DNA of 32,000 nt from Mycobacterium leprae TN (GTDB lineage Bacteria > Actinomycetota > Actinomycetes > Mycobacteriales > Mycobacteriaceae): contig NC_002677.1 in NCBI RefSeq assembly GCF_000195855.1, positions 2,880,001 to 2,912,000 of the forward strand. Direction: 5' to 3'. Positions 9,600-19,984 of the stretch are shown piece by piece. The position numbers and the translations under genes are program-made. Positions within the stretch are counted from its first letter, which is position 1. Each line of letters begins with the position of its first letter. Under the pieces are notes generated by a model. That model was not told where the DNA came from and made no database searches. It saw only the letters and a list, made by a program, of their open reading frames with translations.

Positions 9600-11295
9600 A
9601 AACCAGCGGGATCGGATCCTGGTGATTGCACGGGATGGTGTGGTCCGAACCCTTGAAGTCCAAACATCCCGTCCAGTACACCAGCACGCCCGTTGAACGA
9701 ACGAGTGATCACCAATGCGGCCGGTGTTCCCAATTGTCTTCGATGAACCGAGTGATTGAACTTTGGCCAGTTAGCGTGTGGTCCACAAAACTTACTTTGG
9801 TACATAACGCTATGATCAGCAGCGGTAGCCGCGTGCCAGACCAGCATCGTCCTTGGTGAACGATGAAGCATGCCGGCCCGGATCTCAGCATTTGTCTGGG
9901 CCGTCCAGAGCGTCTTCAGCTGTGGCGGAAGCGGCTTACACGACCAGAGGGGGCTGGTGGTCGTATAAGCCGTCTGAATCGTCATAGGCTATGATGATGG
10001 CCATATCCCACCATTTCGGGTGCTTCCGCAGATGGTTGACCATATTAACGAGAAACTGTTGTTCGTCGAGCGGACCGGAGTAACCGGCGTGCATATCTTG
10101 GTAGCCTAGCGGTTTCAGAATGCTCATCGCTGGCAGGTCGCCCACATCGACGGGTGCCCAAAAATCCGATAGGCTGTATTTTGGTGGATGGCCGTATCGG
10201 TGAAGCTGACCTTGCCGGTCGCGCTCGGCGGCAGATGGTCCAGGTTTGCCGTGGATGAGTAGTACTGAAACAGCTCGTGGTAGACCAGGTAGTCAGCTCT
10301 AGTTTCGAACGGCAAAGCTCCAGTCTTGCCGGTGCCACCCAAGACCGTACTCATGTTGTGCGTTGCACCGCATTCCACCGGCAACGTCGGGCTTGCGGCC
10401 GCTGGGTTTGAAATCGCTTTTGTTTGAAACCGCCTTGAAACTTGAAAAATAGTCTCGGTGAAGCCTTTCGCATTGAGCAGTTCACCAATGTTTTTGGCGT
10501 CAGCGCTGAACTGCACCTGCTCCCGTTAGGAACAATCGTCACCTAACGATTAGGGATCTTCGATCAAAGTGTTTTGTCCGTTGCTTGCAACGTCAATGAC
10601 TATACGAGGCCGGAACGGTTCCCTATAACAGTGTGAGTGAATATGGTTATTGTTCTATAAGTGTAACCCGACACCAAGTTGATGCGGCTTGGCGTAGAAG
10701 GGCCGAAGATGGTACCGGTGGAAGTTGTCCCTCATTGAGTACCCTCGGGCGTAGTTCCACAGCAGAGTAACCGAGTTGGCGTCGTAGTTTAAGGACATCA
10801 CCAAGCCAAGAACTCCAAAGAACAGCGGTGCACATGGGTCACCCTCGTCGTGTTCAACACGCCGATCCATGGCACCACCATGGGCAGACATGTAGCTCGG
10901 TTTGGTATTCGTACTGCTGATCGCAGGTCAGCTGCTGACCCGGTCCGCTCAAACGCATCGGCTGCACCAAGTTGGGATTGTGCGTCAACAAATCTGGCGT
11001 TAGACCGTTGACCGTAAGAGTGTATGGTTTGGCCATGCAAGGTTGGCTATCGATGTTGGCGACATAATGACTAGGTTCCGAAGTAGTGGTCAAATGTAGA
11101 TGTTCTATTGGAAGATGACCACTCGATGGTGTATTGGGGTCGCAGTTACCGGTCCCGCACTCGGGGTCTTGGATCTGTGAGAGCACGCCGCGACAAGAGC
11201 AACCACCGCGGCCGCTGCTTAGGAAACCGCACACCCGTTGGGCAGGACGCGTTGCGAAAACACGAATTCAAGTGACCGTTGGGCTGCAATGACAT
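9600..11295 (-). pseudogene. Phosphoesterase of the AcpA/phospholipase C family, apparently once a lipoprotein; pseudogene
   Basis: Segments in order across frames: AAAAVVALVAACSHRSKTPSAGPVTATPI(H)HRVVIFQ (lipobox), STFDHYFGT, LTVNGLTPDLLTHNPNLVQPMRL, LTCDQQYEYQTE, YDANSVTLLWNYARGYSMRDNF, NIGELLNAKG, RADYLVYHELFQYYSSTANLDHLPP, YQDMHAGYSGPLDEQQFLVNMVNHL...AIIIAYDDSDGLYDHQ, TRLPLLIIAL, FVDHTLTGQSSITRFIEDNW. Boundaries approximate. Confidence 0.87.
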
Positions 11296-11485
11296 TTAGC
11301 AGACCCATACCCAACCTTATGGGCCTTAAAGGCACCCATTAGGTTAACGGCATAGGAACGGACCGCCTATCAGGAGTCGAACTGTTTTATCACTGTCTCT
11401 ACAGACCCTGAAATGCTAGGTAGATCTACATTGCTCTCGGATGTAGCGTAGCTCGACCAGCAAAGCGCCCGGCCGTCGCGGCATT

Positions 11486-12375
11486 ATGACGCCCGTCGCC
11501 TAAACACACGCCGTGGTGGTCGACTGCCAGCGCCAGGACAAGCGCTGCAGTGGTGTTGCGTGCACTTTGTGCGCCATCCTGGATACACGCGAACCGCAAG
11601 CTGCGCCGCAACCCCTGGCACTCACCCCGTTTCAGACCTTTACGGCAGGTAACATCGTACCGACCAGGCTCACCAGCTCGTTCATCTCAACGGGTCGCGA
11701 CGGCGTCAAGACCAACTGGGTTGTCGCTTCGCGGCCGGGCAAGACCGGGATGCTGCGTACAGTGATTGTGTTGCACGGCAAGAGTGGCAACGCAGACATG
11801 ATGCCCGAAGCGTGCTTGGAGGGCGCACTCACCCAACTAGCCAAGGCGGGCCGACACCATTCCCCGAGGTAGGCGTCGATGGTGATGATACCTACTGGCA
11901 CCGACGTGCATCTGGCGTGGACTCCGACGCTATGGTACTTGAAAAGCATCCTGACGATGCGCTGTCCTCAATGGATATGGGGCACTTCCTGGGCTGGTAG
12001 ATAGGCGAATACAGGGCGCTGCTGCTGAGCACCCGGCCGGGGCCATCGCGAACTGCAGGGATCTGCGCGATCACCCCGGCATTGTTTACCTCATTCACCG
12101 ATCGCATCCCCGGCGCGTTTGACAGCTACGACGATTGGGTACAACACAGCGTAGTAGGGTCTCCTGGCACTTTCGTAGCTCCCGCTGTGGGTGGACTGCG
12201 CACCAGCGACCACCTCATATTTCTATTTCGCCACCTGCCAATTCGTCAACCAACTGAACTCTCCACTGAAGTGGATTTTCCCCAGGAGAGCAAGATATTT
12301 CGTATTGCCGAAAGCAGCTACCCGGCAAGTTGGACCAGCTGGCCTCCTAGCGGAAGTGGACAGACAACGAATTCA
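11486..12375 (+). pseudogene. Secreted/membrane esterase-like protein (Rv0519c-like) pseudogene
   Basis: Segments: TNWVVASRPGKTG...TVIVLHGKSGNADMMPE; TYWHRRASGVDSDAMVLE; MFTSFTDRIPGAFDSYDDWVQHSVVG; CAPATTSYFYFATCQFVNQL; multiple frame changes. Confidence 0.72.
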
Positions 12376-12697
12376 TGACAGACACAGTAAGAAAATACCG
12401 TCCGTCCTCGCCGCCGAGCAAAGTTGCGTGGATTCCACCCGGACATCGAGGGCTTGCGTGCCGTCGCGGTGTTCGCGGTGCTATGCTACCTAGCCAGGCT
12501 AGGAAACGGTAACGACCGGTGCGATGAGGTTACTACCCCGATCTAATTGACCTGTTCTGCACCCCCGACAGCTGCCCGATGATCGTCGGCAGTACCTTGG
12601 TGTCCCGGTACGACAACTATGTGACACCCCCAAGCACGCGCAGTTGCTGGCACTCGCCATCGACGCGGTAGCCGATCGCGCCCTGGCCGAAGGCTGA
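12374..12697 (+). pseudogene. Acyltransferase-3 (OafA-like) gene with SGNH C-terminus, collapsed by a large internal deletion
   Basis: N-terminal signature FHPDIEGLRAVAVFAVLCYLARLG (from 12433) followed within ~40 bp by C-terminal-type DLIDLFCTPDSCPMIVGSTLVSRYDNYVTP (from 12540) and, one frame over, KHAQLLALAIDAVADRALAEG*. Confidence 0.6.
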
Positions 12698-13007
12698 GGC
12701 CAATCAACACGTTAGCGAATATGGTCAAGCTGCTGCGGTGAACTTCTTGCTAAAGCCACTCGTCCTATATATTTCCTATTACTGAAAGGTTTGAGTAGAT
12801 TTGAGATGACGATGTTGCTGGTCTGCCTGTCTACTGGCCGGGCTTGGCCTTGTGCTGCTGCAGGAGCGGCTGGAACGCTAGACTTACTAGTGGAGAACGC
12901 GCAAAAATAACAAGTATTGCGCTACTTAACTTTTCACCTCACTTTTGGAGAGCAGTCAGACACTGATATGGCCACGCCACCCCGACAACCGCCAGGATCC
13001 CGGCGAG

Positions 13008-13049
13008 CGTTCCCAACAACAAGGTTTACGTTCCCAACAACAAGGTTTA
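13008..13049. repeat. Perfect 21-bp tandem duplication
   Basis: cgttcccaacaacaaggttta at 13008-13028 and 13029-13049. Confidence 0.97.
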
Positions 13050-13259
13050 GTAGTAGCTGCTGAGGATAATGCACACCAACATTGTGATCGGTGCCCGTCT
13101 ACGACGGGCAACCGATCACAATGTAACGCGAGCGCAACCACCTCACCTCAGCTCCCACAAACATGAGAAAAGGCCAAACCGAATTCGATCATCGTTCGAT
13201 AACGACCGTTCACCGCGGTGACGCGTTGTTGTCACTACCGACTTCGGTGACACATCCGA

Positions 13260-13761
13260 TCAGGCGGGCTCCACACGCTCCTGAACCAGCGGAGTTAGCA
13301 CTGCCCGAGGATGAACGACCAGGCCTGCGCGATGCGCTCCTAGTTGAGCTTCAGTCCGATGCCAACGCAGCCGTGCAGCACCCCGACCAATGCGCCAAGC
13401 GCCGACCGCCACAGCTACAACTTCTTATCGAACGCCGGTAAATTCTTTCTTATTGAACGCCGGTAAATTCTCGATTTCCGGATAGGATCTTCACGATTTC
13501 GGCAACAAGGATCGTCTCGACGCCCCGACACAGGGCACCGTAGGTCGGTTCGACTGAAGACTGGATTTGCGCCGGCTTCACCTGGAGGCCTACAAACCAA
13601 GACACCAGAACCAGAAAAATCAACAGGACCACCAGCTGCATCGGAGCACCACTCCCAAAATGCCAATGAAAATCACGGCCGCCGCTGCCGCTGGTACCGA
13701 TCCAGTTGGCGCCGGACTCATAAAACAAAGGCTTGCGATTGGCCTCCGTTTTTGCCGTCAT
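13260..13761 (-). pseudogene. Conserved transmembrane protein (Rv0513-like) pseudogene
   Basis: Reads KPLFYESGANWIGTSG...LVVLLIFLVLVSWFVGLQVKPAQIQSSVEPTYGALCRGVETILVAEIVKI then degenerates with frameshift and stops. Lies immediately upstream of hemB. Confidence 0.6.
13423..13470. repeat. Near-perfect 23-nt direct repeat, period 25 nt
   Basis: tcttatcgaacgccggtaaattc (13423-13445) and tcttattgaacgccggtaaattc (13448-13470), one mismatch. Confidence 0.93.
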
Positions 13762-13798
13762 CTACAGCCCCATCTCGTGATTGTGGCCTATAGACTCG

Positions 13799-14788
13799 TC
13801 AAGAAAGCCAACACGCCACATCAGCGGCCCAATAGGTGAACACGATATCCGCCCCAGCGCGCCGGATACTTGTCAACGACTCCAGCACAGCGGCACGTTC
13901 GTCAATCCAGTTGTTTGCGGCCGCAGCGCAAATCATCGCGTACTCCCCCGAGACTTGATAGGCAGCTACCGGAACCGGCGAAACACCGGCTGCCGTAGCA
14001 ACGACGTCCAGATACCCCGAAGCGGGTTTGATCATGATAATGTCTGCACCCTCGTCGAGATCCAACTTGATTTCGCGCAACGCCTCGCGGGCATTGCCTG
14101 GTTCCTGCTGGTAGGTGCGTCGGTCACCGGACAAGCTGCAGCTCACCGCCTCGCGGAATGGTCCGTAGAACGCCGAAGAAAACTTCGCAGCGTAAGCCAG
14201 GATCGCTACGTCGGCATAGCCTGCACTGTCAAGTCCGTCTCGGAGCGCACCTATTTGGCCGTCCATCATCCCGCTCGGACCAACCACGTTAGCACCGGAT
14301 TCCGCTTGTGCCACAGCAAGTTCCACATACCGTGCCACGGTGGCGTCGTTGTCCACTCGGCCCTGCCCGTCTAGGACGCCGCAGTGCCCGTGGTCGGTAA
14401 ACTCGTCCAGACAGGTGTCGGCCATCAACACGGTGGCATCACCGAGATCCTCGGCCAGATCGCGAAGAGCGACATTGAGGATGCCATCGGGATCTACCCC
14501 AGCCGAGCCAGTTGCATCCTTATCCTGGTCGCGGGGCACGCCAAACAGGTTCAATCCACCTACCCCGGCATCGACGGCAGCGACAGCAGCGCGACGCAGC
14601 GAATCCCGGGTGTGCTGCACAACACCCGGCATGGAAGCAATTGGCCGCAGCTCGTCAATACCGTCAGCAACGAACATCGGCAGCACCAAATTCCTTGGCT
14701 CCAGAGAAGTCTGCGCCACCAGGCGGCGCATCGCGGGGGTTGAGCGAAGCCGGCGCGGCCGGTGCCGCGGGTAACCACTGACGCTCAC
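13799..14788 (-). CDS. hemB: Delta-aminolevulinic acid dehydratase (porphobilinogen synthase)
   Basis: 329 aa; LVLPMFVADG, SMPGVVQHTRDSL, DEFTDHGHCGVL, GADIIMIKPASGYLDVV. Confidence 0.97.
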   Translation of the reverse strand: MSVSGYPRHRPRRLRSTPAMRRLVAQTSLEPRNLVLPMFVADGIDELRPIASMPGVVQHTRDSLRRAAVAAVDAGVGGLNLFGVPRDQDKDATGSAGVDPDGILNVALRDLAEDLGDATVLMADTCLDEFTDHGHCGVLDGQGRVDNDATVARYVELAVAQAESGANVVGPSGMMDGQIGALRDGLDSAGYADVAILAYAAKFSSAFYGPFREAVSCSLSGDRRTYQQEPGNAREALREIKLDLDEGADIIMIKPASGYLDVVATAAGVSPVPVAAYQVSGEYAMICAAAANNWIDERAAVLESLTSIRRAGADIVFTYWAADVACWLS

Positions 14789-14834
14789 TGACTGCCTACT
14801 GCCGCGCCCGTCCTAACCGTGCTCACGATCACTA

Positions 14835-16526
14835 CTAGCGCCTGCGGCTCTTCTTGCGCGGTGGAGGCAGCGCGCCTTCGGCGCGCAGTCGAGCGACATG
14901 TTCGGCCAACGCATCAACTAACGGTCCAACCGCGGCGGTTTCGGGCTGGACATCCACCCGCAAACCAAATTCGGAAGCGGTCTCAGCAGTCTTGGGTCCG
15001 ATGCAGGCAATGACCGTCCGCGCGTGCGGTTTGCCGGCAATACCAACCAAGTTACGCACCGTGGAGCTGGAGGTGAAGCACACTGCATCGAAGCCACCCG
15101 TCTTGATCATTTCCCGGGTGGCCGCCGGCGGCGGTGCCGCCCGCACCGTCCGATAAGCGGTGACGTCCTCGATCTCCCAGCCACACCCGCGCAGTCCCTC
15201 AGCCAGGGTTTCGGTGGCAATGTCAGCGCGCGGCAGCAAAACACGGTTCACCGGGTCGAAAACGCTGTCATAAGGCGGGAATTCGTCCAGTAGACCGAGG
15301 GAAGACTGTTCCCCAGCCGGCACCAGCTCCGGGCTGATCCCGAATGCACGGACCCTGTCGGCAGTCGCTTCTCCGACACAGGCGATCTTCACCCCGGAGA
15401 AGGCGCGGGCATCCAGACCGAACTCGCCAAACTTCTCCCACACCGCGCGCACCGCGTTGGTGGAGGTGAACACCACCCATTGGAAACGACCGTCGACCAG
15501 CCCCTTGACAGCACGTTCCATCTGAGCGGGACTGCGCGGCGGCTCGACAGCGATGGTCGGCACCTCAACCGGCAACGCACCGTACGACGTCAGCCGCTCG
15601 CTCATCTCGCCGGCCTGGTCCTTGGTACGCGGTACCAACACGGTCCAGCCGTAGAGTGCACGGCTTTCCCACCAGTTCAGTCTAGCTCGACTGGTCACCG
15701 TCTTGCCTATGGTCACCACCAGCGGCCCGGTCAGCGGGCCTGCGGTATCGGTGCCGACCAGGACAGCCGAGTCAGCCAATCCCTCCAATGTGGTTTCGAC
15801 AGAACGTTGCTGGCAGGTCGTGCCCTGAGCGGTCACCACGCAGGGTGTGGCGTCGTCCAGCCCGTGGTCGATCAAGATGTGCGCCGCGTCGGCAAGATGT
15901 GATGCGGTGGCTTGCAGAATCAACGGCCCAGGAGCCGCGGCTAGCGCTTCCCAGTCCACGTCGCCACGTACATCAGCCACCGTGTGCGACGAACCCAAGG
16001 GTAGCCCGGCATAGGTTGGTACGACGCTGCTGGTGACCAAGCCGGGCACGATCTCGATTTGTAGATTGGTGCGTGCCACAGCGTTCACCTCGGCTATGAC
16101 CGCGTCCACCGTCAACGGATCACCCGCCACTAAGCGCACCACATCAACACCGGAACGAGCCTCGGCGGTCAGCGTTTTGGCGACCTCAGTAGGGTCACCC
16201 AACGCAGGGCGGATGTCGGCGCCTCCGGACATGACCATCGGTGCGGCTTGGTAGTGATCCCCCTCGAGGGTACCGTCAGCAGCCCTGCCGGCGGTCACGG
16301 CAGCCGGACCGGCAGGCGCCGGACCAGAGACCGGTGGCAAGTCCTTGCCAATCAGCGCCAGCACCGGTTCAGGTACATCGGGGTCGATAAAAACAAGGGC
16401 GGCGTTTGCTAGCACCGCTACAGCCTGAGCAGTTAGTAACCCTGGGGCTCCTGGACCGGCGCCCACAAATGTGATGCGACCTGGTCTAAGCTTACGCCCT
16501 CGCGTCGTCATTGTCGCTCCCACCAC
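14835..16526 (-). CDS. hemD: Fused uroporphyrinogen-III C-methyltransferase-like / uroporphyrinogen-III synthase
   Basis: 563 aa; N-terminal SAM methyltransferase region (ITFVGAGPGAPGLLTAQAVAVLANAALVF) and C-terminal HemD domain (WVVFTSTNAVRAVWEKF, FDAVCFTSSSTVRNLVG). Confidence 0.93.
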   Translation of the reverse strand: MVGATMTTRGRKLRPGRITFVGAGPGAPGLLTAQAVAVLANAALVFIDPDVPEPVLALIGKDLPPVSGPAPAGPAAVTAGRAADGTLEGDHYQAAPMVMSGGADIRPALGDPTEVAKTLTAEARSGVDVVRLVAGDPLTVDAVIAEVNAVARTNLQIEIVPGLVTSSVVPTYAGLPLGSSHTVADVRGDVDWEALAAAPGPLILQATASHLADAAHILIDHGLDDATPCVVTAQGTTCQQRSVETTLEGLADSAVLVGTDTAGPLTGPLVVTIGKTVTSRARLNWWESRALYGWTVLVPRTKDQAGEMSERLTSYGALPVEVPTIAVEPPRSPAQMERAVKGLVDGRFQWVVFTSTNAVRAVWEKFGEFGLDARAFSGVKIACVGEATADRVRAFGISPELVPAGEQSSLGLLDEFPPYDSVFDPVNRVLLPRADIATETLAEGLRGCGWEIEDVTAYRTVRAAPPPAATREMIKTGGFDAVCFTSSSTVRNLVGIAGKPHARTVIACIGPKTAETASEFGLRVDVQPETAAVGPLVDALAEHVARLRAEGALPPPRKKSRRR

Positions 16527-16532
16527 TCCCGT

Positions 16533-17489
16533 TCAACTTCCTCGCGCCCGGTCTGACCGCGCTCCCCACATCAGCTCCCGGGCACCCAGCTCAAACAGCT
16601 CCACGGCAACTGCTAGCCCAAGCTCGCTCGCCCGACCGGACGTGCTGATGCCGGACGCGCGGATCACGTCGGATCCGTCCAACGCCGCCACGCAGCCGCG
16701 CAACGACAACTCTTCGAAGACGCGGCCTTCCCCATCGATGGACTCGACCACTTGAGCGATCGCGCCCACCGGTGCGGAGCAGCCGGCCTCCAGTTCGGCG
16801 AGCAGGACTCGCTCCGCGGTGACCGCCGCACGTGTGTCGGCATCGTCCAACGCCGCCAGCACCGCCACCAACCGACTGTCACCAGCGCGGCATTCGACCG
16901 CGATCGCGCCTTGAGCCGGTGCTGGCACCATCTGCACCGGATCTAACGTCTCGGTGACTTCATCGAGGCGGCCCAGCCGGGCCAACCCGGCCCGGGCCAC
17001 CACGATGGCGTCAAGATCGCCACTGCTTACCCTGTTCAACCTGGTATCTAGGTTGCCTCGTAGGGGGCGAATTTCCAAACCGAGACCCAATGCCCTAAGC
17101 TGAGCTGCCCGCCGCGGCGATGACGTGCCTACCAGCGATCCAGCCGGCAATTCAGCAAGAACCAGCTCATCGCGAGTTACCACTGCGTCGCGGGGGTCAT
17201 TTCGTGGAGGAATCGCCGCTACCGTGAACCGCGGATCGTCAGCAGTTGGCAAATCCTTGTACGAGTGCACCGCAGCATCGACGCAGCCCTCTTCGATAGC
17301 CGCACGCAATGCGGTGGTGAAGACGCCCACACCTAGACTGTCGATAGACGCAGACGACTGATCGCCCGCGGTATTGACGATCACCAACTCCGCAGGATGC
17401 CCGTTGGCTATGAGAGCGTCTCTAACGAGCGCAGCCTGAGTGGTGGCTAACAAGCTACCCCGAGTGCCTATCCGGATCACGTGGGCCAA
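16533..17489 (-). CDS. hemC: Hydroxymethylbilane synthase (porphobilinogen deaminase)
   Basis: 318 aa; [42 protein letters not shown]. Confidence 0.97.
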   Translation of the reverse strand: MAHVIRIGTRGSLLATTQAALVRDALIANGHPAELVIVNTAGDQSSASIDSLGVGVFTTALRAAIEEGCVDAAVHSYKDLPTADDPRFTVAAIPPRNDPRDAVVTRDELVLAELPAGSLVGTSSPRRAAQLRALGLGLEIRPLRGNLDTRLNRVSSGDLDAIVVARAGLARLGRLDEVTETLDPVQMVPAPAQGAIAVECRAGDSRLVAVLAALDDADTRAAVTAERVLLAELEAGCSAPVGAIAQVVESIDGEGRVFEELSLRGCVAALDGSDVIRASGISTSGRASELGLAVAVELFELGARELMWGARSDRARGS

Positions 17490-17493
17490 TCAA

Positions 17494-18897
17494 CTACTCG
17501 GCGTGATATTTTGAGCTGCTCTGGGCAGGGCTTGTGCCGTACCTAGTGGTATCGCTGAACCCACTTACCATCACTGGTAATTCACCCGCGGTGGCGACCG
17601 CGTCGACAGCGGTCTGATCAAGCTCGAAAAGCTCACGCAGCGCCTCGGTGTAGCTGTCACCGCCGGGAGCACTGGCAAGCTGCTTGATCCGCACGGTAGG
17701 CGCGTGTAGCAGCTTGTCCACCACCCGTCGCACGGTGCGTGCCACCTCCTCGCGCTGAGCGCTTTCCAGCCCTGGCAGCCGGTGGTCTAGGCGCAGTAAC
17801 TCCGCTTCGACCACATCGGCAGCTCGCTGACGCAACGCTGTCACCGTCGGGGCCACCTCGGCCATCCGCTGCCTAGTCAGATATGTGGCCACTTCAGCCG
17901 CCACAATGCGGCGCGCGGCATCGACGTCGGCGGCACTGGCACGGGCCGACGGTTCACGCTGCACGCCTTCCACATCGACGACCCAAACGCCGGGCAGTTT
18001 GGCCACAGCCGGATCCACGTCACGCGGCATGCCCAAATCGCATATCACCAGCGGCCGAGTCGTTTCGTCACGGCGCATAGCGGCCAATGCATGATGCACG
18101 TCAGCCAGCGAAACCACGGGGCTTACCGCCCCCGTACAGCTGACCACTAGGTCAGCGTCCGCCAATGCTTCGTCAAGGTGATTAAGAGTCCACACGTCGG
18201 CCGGCACGCCCGATTCACCGATCTTGCCGGCCAGCCGCCGCGCTCGAGACAACGACCGGTTGAGTACATGTATACGTCCGACGTTGGCCTGCGTCAGGTA
18301 CGACGACGAGAGTGCACCCATCGCGCCAGCGCCAATCACCACCGCGATCCGGCCCGCCAGCCCGCCCAATGTGCGTCCAGCTATGCCAAGGGCGACCGAC
18401 ACCACCGAGACCCCGGCAGCGTCAATGGCAGTTTCGGAATGCACCCGCTTACCCACCGACAACGCTCGTTGGGCCACCTCATGCAACACCTGGCCTACCG
18501 TGCGATTAGCCTCAGCGGCGGCATACGCGCGACGCACCTGACCCAGCACCTGCTGCTCGCCGACCACCGCTGAATCCAGACCGCTGGCAACCGTGAACAA
18601 GTGCTCGACAGCAGCCTCGCTGTAGCGTACATAAGCGTATTTGGTCAGGTCCCCGATCGACATCGCGGAGTATTCCGACAGCACTTGCCCAATCACTGAT
18701 AATCCCGCGTGGAACGCTTCCACCACGGCGTAAACCTCGACACGGTTACAGGTCGACAGCACCATCGCCTCGGTCACCAGCGGGGACTGCAGCACCCGGT
18801 CGACGATCTTGATCTGATCGGATCTGTCCAGGCTGAGTTGTTCTAAGACAGAGACCGGCGCACTGCGGTGCGAAACCCCGAAGAGCAAGATGCTCAC
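17494..18897 (-). CDS. hemA: Glutamyl-tRNA reductase
   Basis: 467 aa; [42 protein letters not shown]. Confidence 0.97.
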   Translation of the reverse strand: MSILLFGVSHRSAPVSVLEQLSLDRSDQIKIVDRVLQSPLVTEAMVLSTCNRVEVYAVVEAFHAGLSVIGQVLSEYSAMSIGDLTKYAYVRYSEAAVEHLFTVASGLDSAVVGEQQVLGQVRRAYAAAEANRTVGQVLHEVAQRALSVGKRVHSETAIDAAGVSVVSVALGIAGRTLGGLAGRIAVVIGAGAMGALSSSYLTQANVGRIHVLNRSLSRARRLAGKIGESGVPADVWTLNHLDEALADADLVVSCTGAVSPVVSLADVHHALAAMRRDETTRPLVICDLGMPRDVDPAVAKLPGVWVVDVEGVQREPSARASAADVDAARRIVAAEVATYLTRQRMAEVAPTVTALRQRAADVVEAELLRLDHRLPGLESAQREEVARTVRRVVDKLLHAPTVRIKQLASAPGGDSYTEALRELFELDQTAVDAVATAGELPVMVSGFSDTTRYGTSPAQSSSKYHAE

Positions 18898-18950
18898 GGC
18901 AGCATCACTTGGCCAGCTCCCTTGCTTTCCTCCAGTAGTCAGGCTGGTGT

Positions 18951-19259
18951 CTACGGTAGACGTTGATCAAGTGGGCTACCAAATATTGTCAGCGGATGAA
19001 GATCCACGCAGACCTGGACCTCGTCGACTTCCCAGTAGCTGTACTAGCTGCCATCAAGCAGGATCACCGGAAGACGGTTGCCGAACTCCACCCATAGCCC
19101 AGGGGTGCCCTCTAGCGCTGCAGCGTCGACATCCGTCATCGTAAAATCTAAGCCCAGCTCATTAGCCAATTCAATCAGCTAGATGTGTACCCGCGCGCAG
19201 ATCGCGCACCCGCCGCAGGTTGGCAGCTCAACCTGCGACCGACCTAGCGCCTCGGTCAT
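18951..19259 (-). pseudogene. Small thioredoxin/glutaredoxin-fold protein (Rv0508-like), pseudogene with two in-frame TAG stops
   Basis: Single frame translation [100 protein letters not shown]; stops at 19179-19181 and 19044-19046. Confidence 0.85.
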
Positions 19260-19984
19260 GGCCACCAGTGTGGCAGCCGTTATCGAAAGGCGTTCCTAGT
19301 GAAAGAGTGTCCCAGCCCAGTTCTCACTAGATTGCCGCTGTGGCTCCTCCGGACAACCTAGTGTCGATCCCGTGGTGCTGCAGAGGTTCGCCCAAATTCT
19401 ACGCAGTAACACCCGCGGATGTGATGTAGCGCCGCGGCGGGAGCGGGCCTGTCTATGTTAGCGCAGCTGACAACCGAAGCCGACGACGGTTACCAAAAGA
19501 ACAATACGACATCGGCGCAGGCACTGCGAGAAGCTGACAATGGCTGAAGCGTTTCTCGTCGGATCCCGACGCGATGGTCTGATGTAGTGGATCAGTATAG
19601 CCAAGTTTCAACGCCATGCAAAAAGCATGCTAGCCGAAATCGACTCTCTGGTGGCCAGTCTGCATACAATGTGGTTAGGACTAAGGTGCAGCGGCCACAT
19701 GGCCGAGGCGCATCTGCACTAAGCGCACAGCGAGGAGCTGATATGCAACGCGTTAGCGCAGTTACAGGACGCTTGAGAGACTACTCACCACAACTACCCT
19801 GACGCCATGTCAACGAATTTGATGATGCGGTCGTGAACCGATGGACCGCTAGCCATAACCTCTGCGACCCGAGTTACAATCTAGTCGCTGACTCACCGAC
19901 TAGATACGTAAACCTCCGCAACCCAATTTCCCAGATAGGGTTGATGTCGGCCACTGAACCGACCACCGGGCAAGCGCAGCGATT

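Noticed and set aside
6069-13798. Possible IS element or RLEP-like dispersed repeat in the decayed block
   Set aside because: No transposase motifs, terminal inverted repeats or long repeated segments were recognised; the relics identified are ordinary metabolic or secreted protein genes.
15480-15902. 140-aa + strand ORF opposite hemD
   Set aside because: Antisense shadow of the fused HemD/CysG-type protein, no domain signature.
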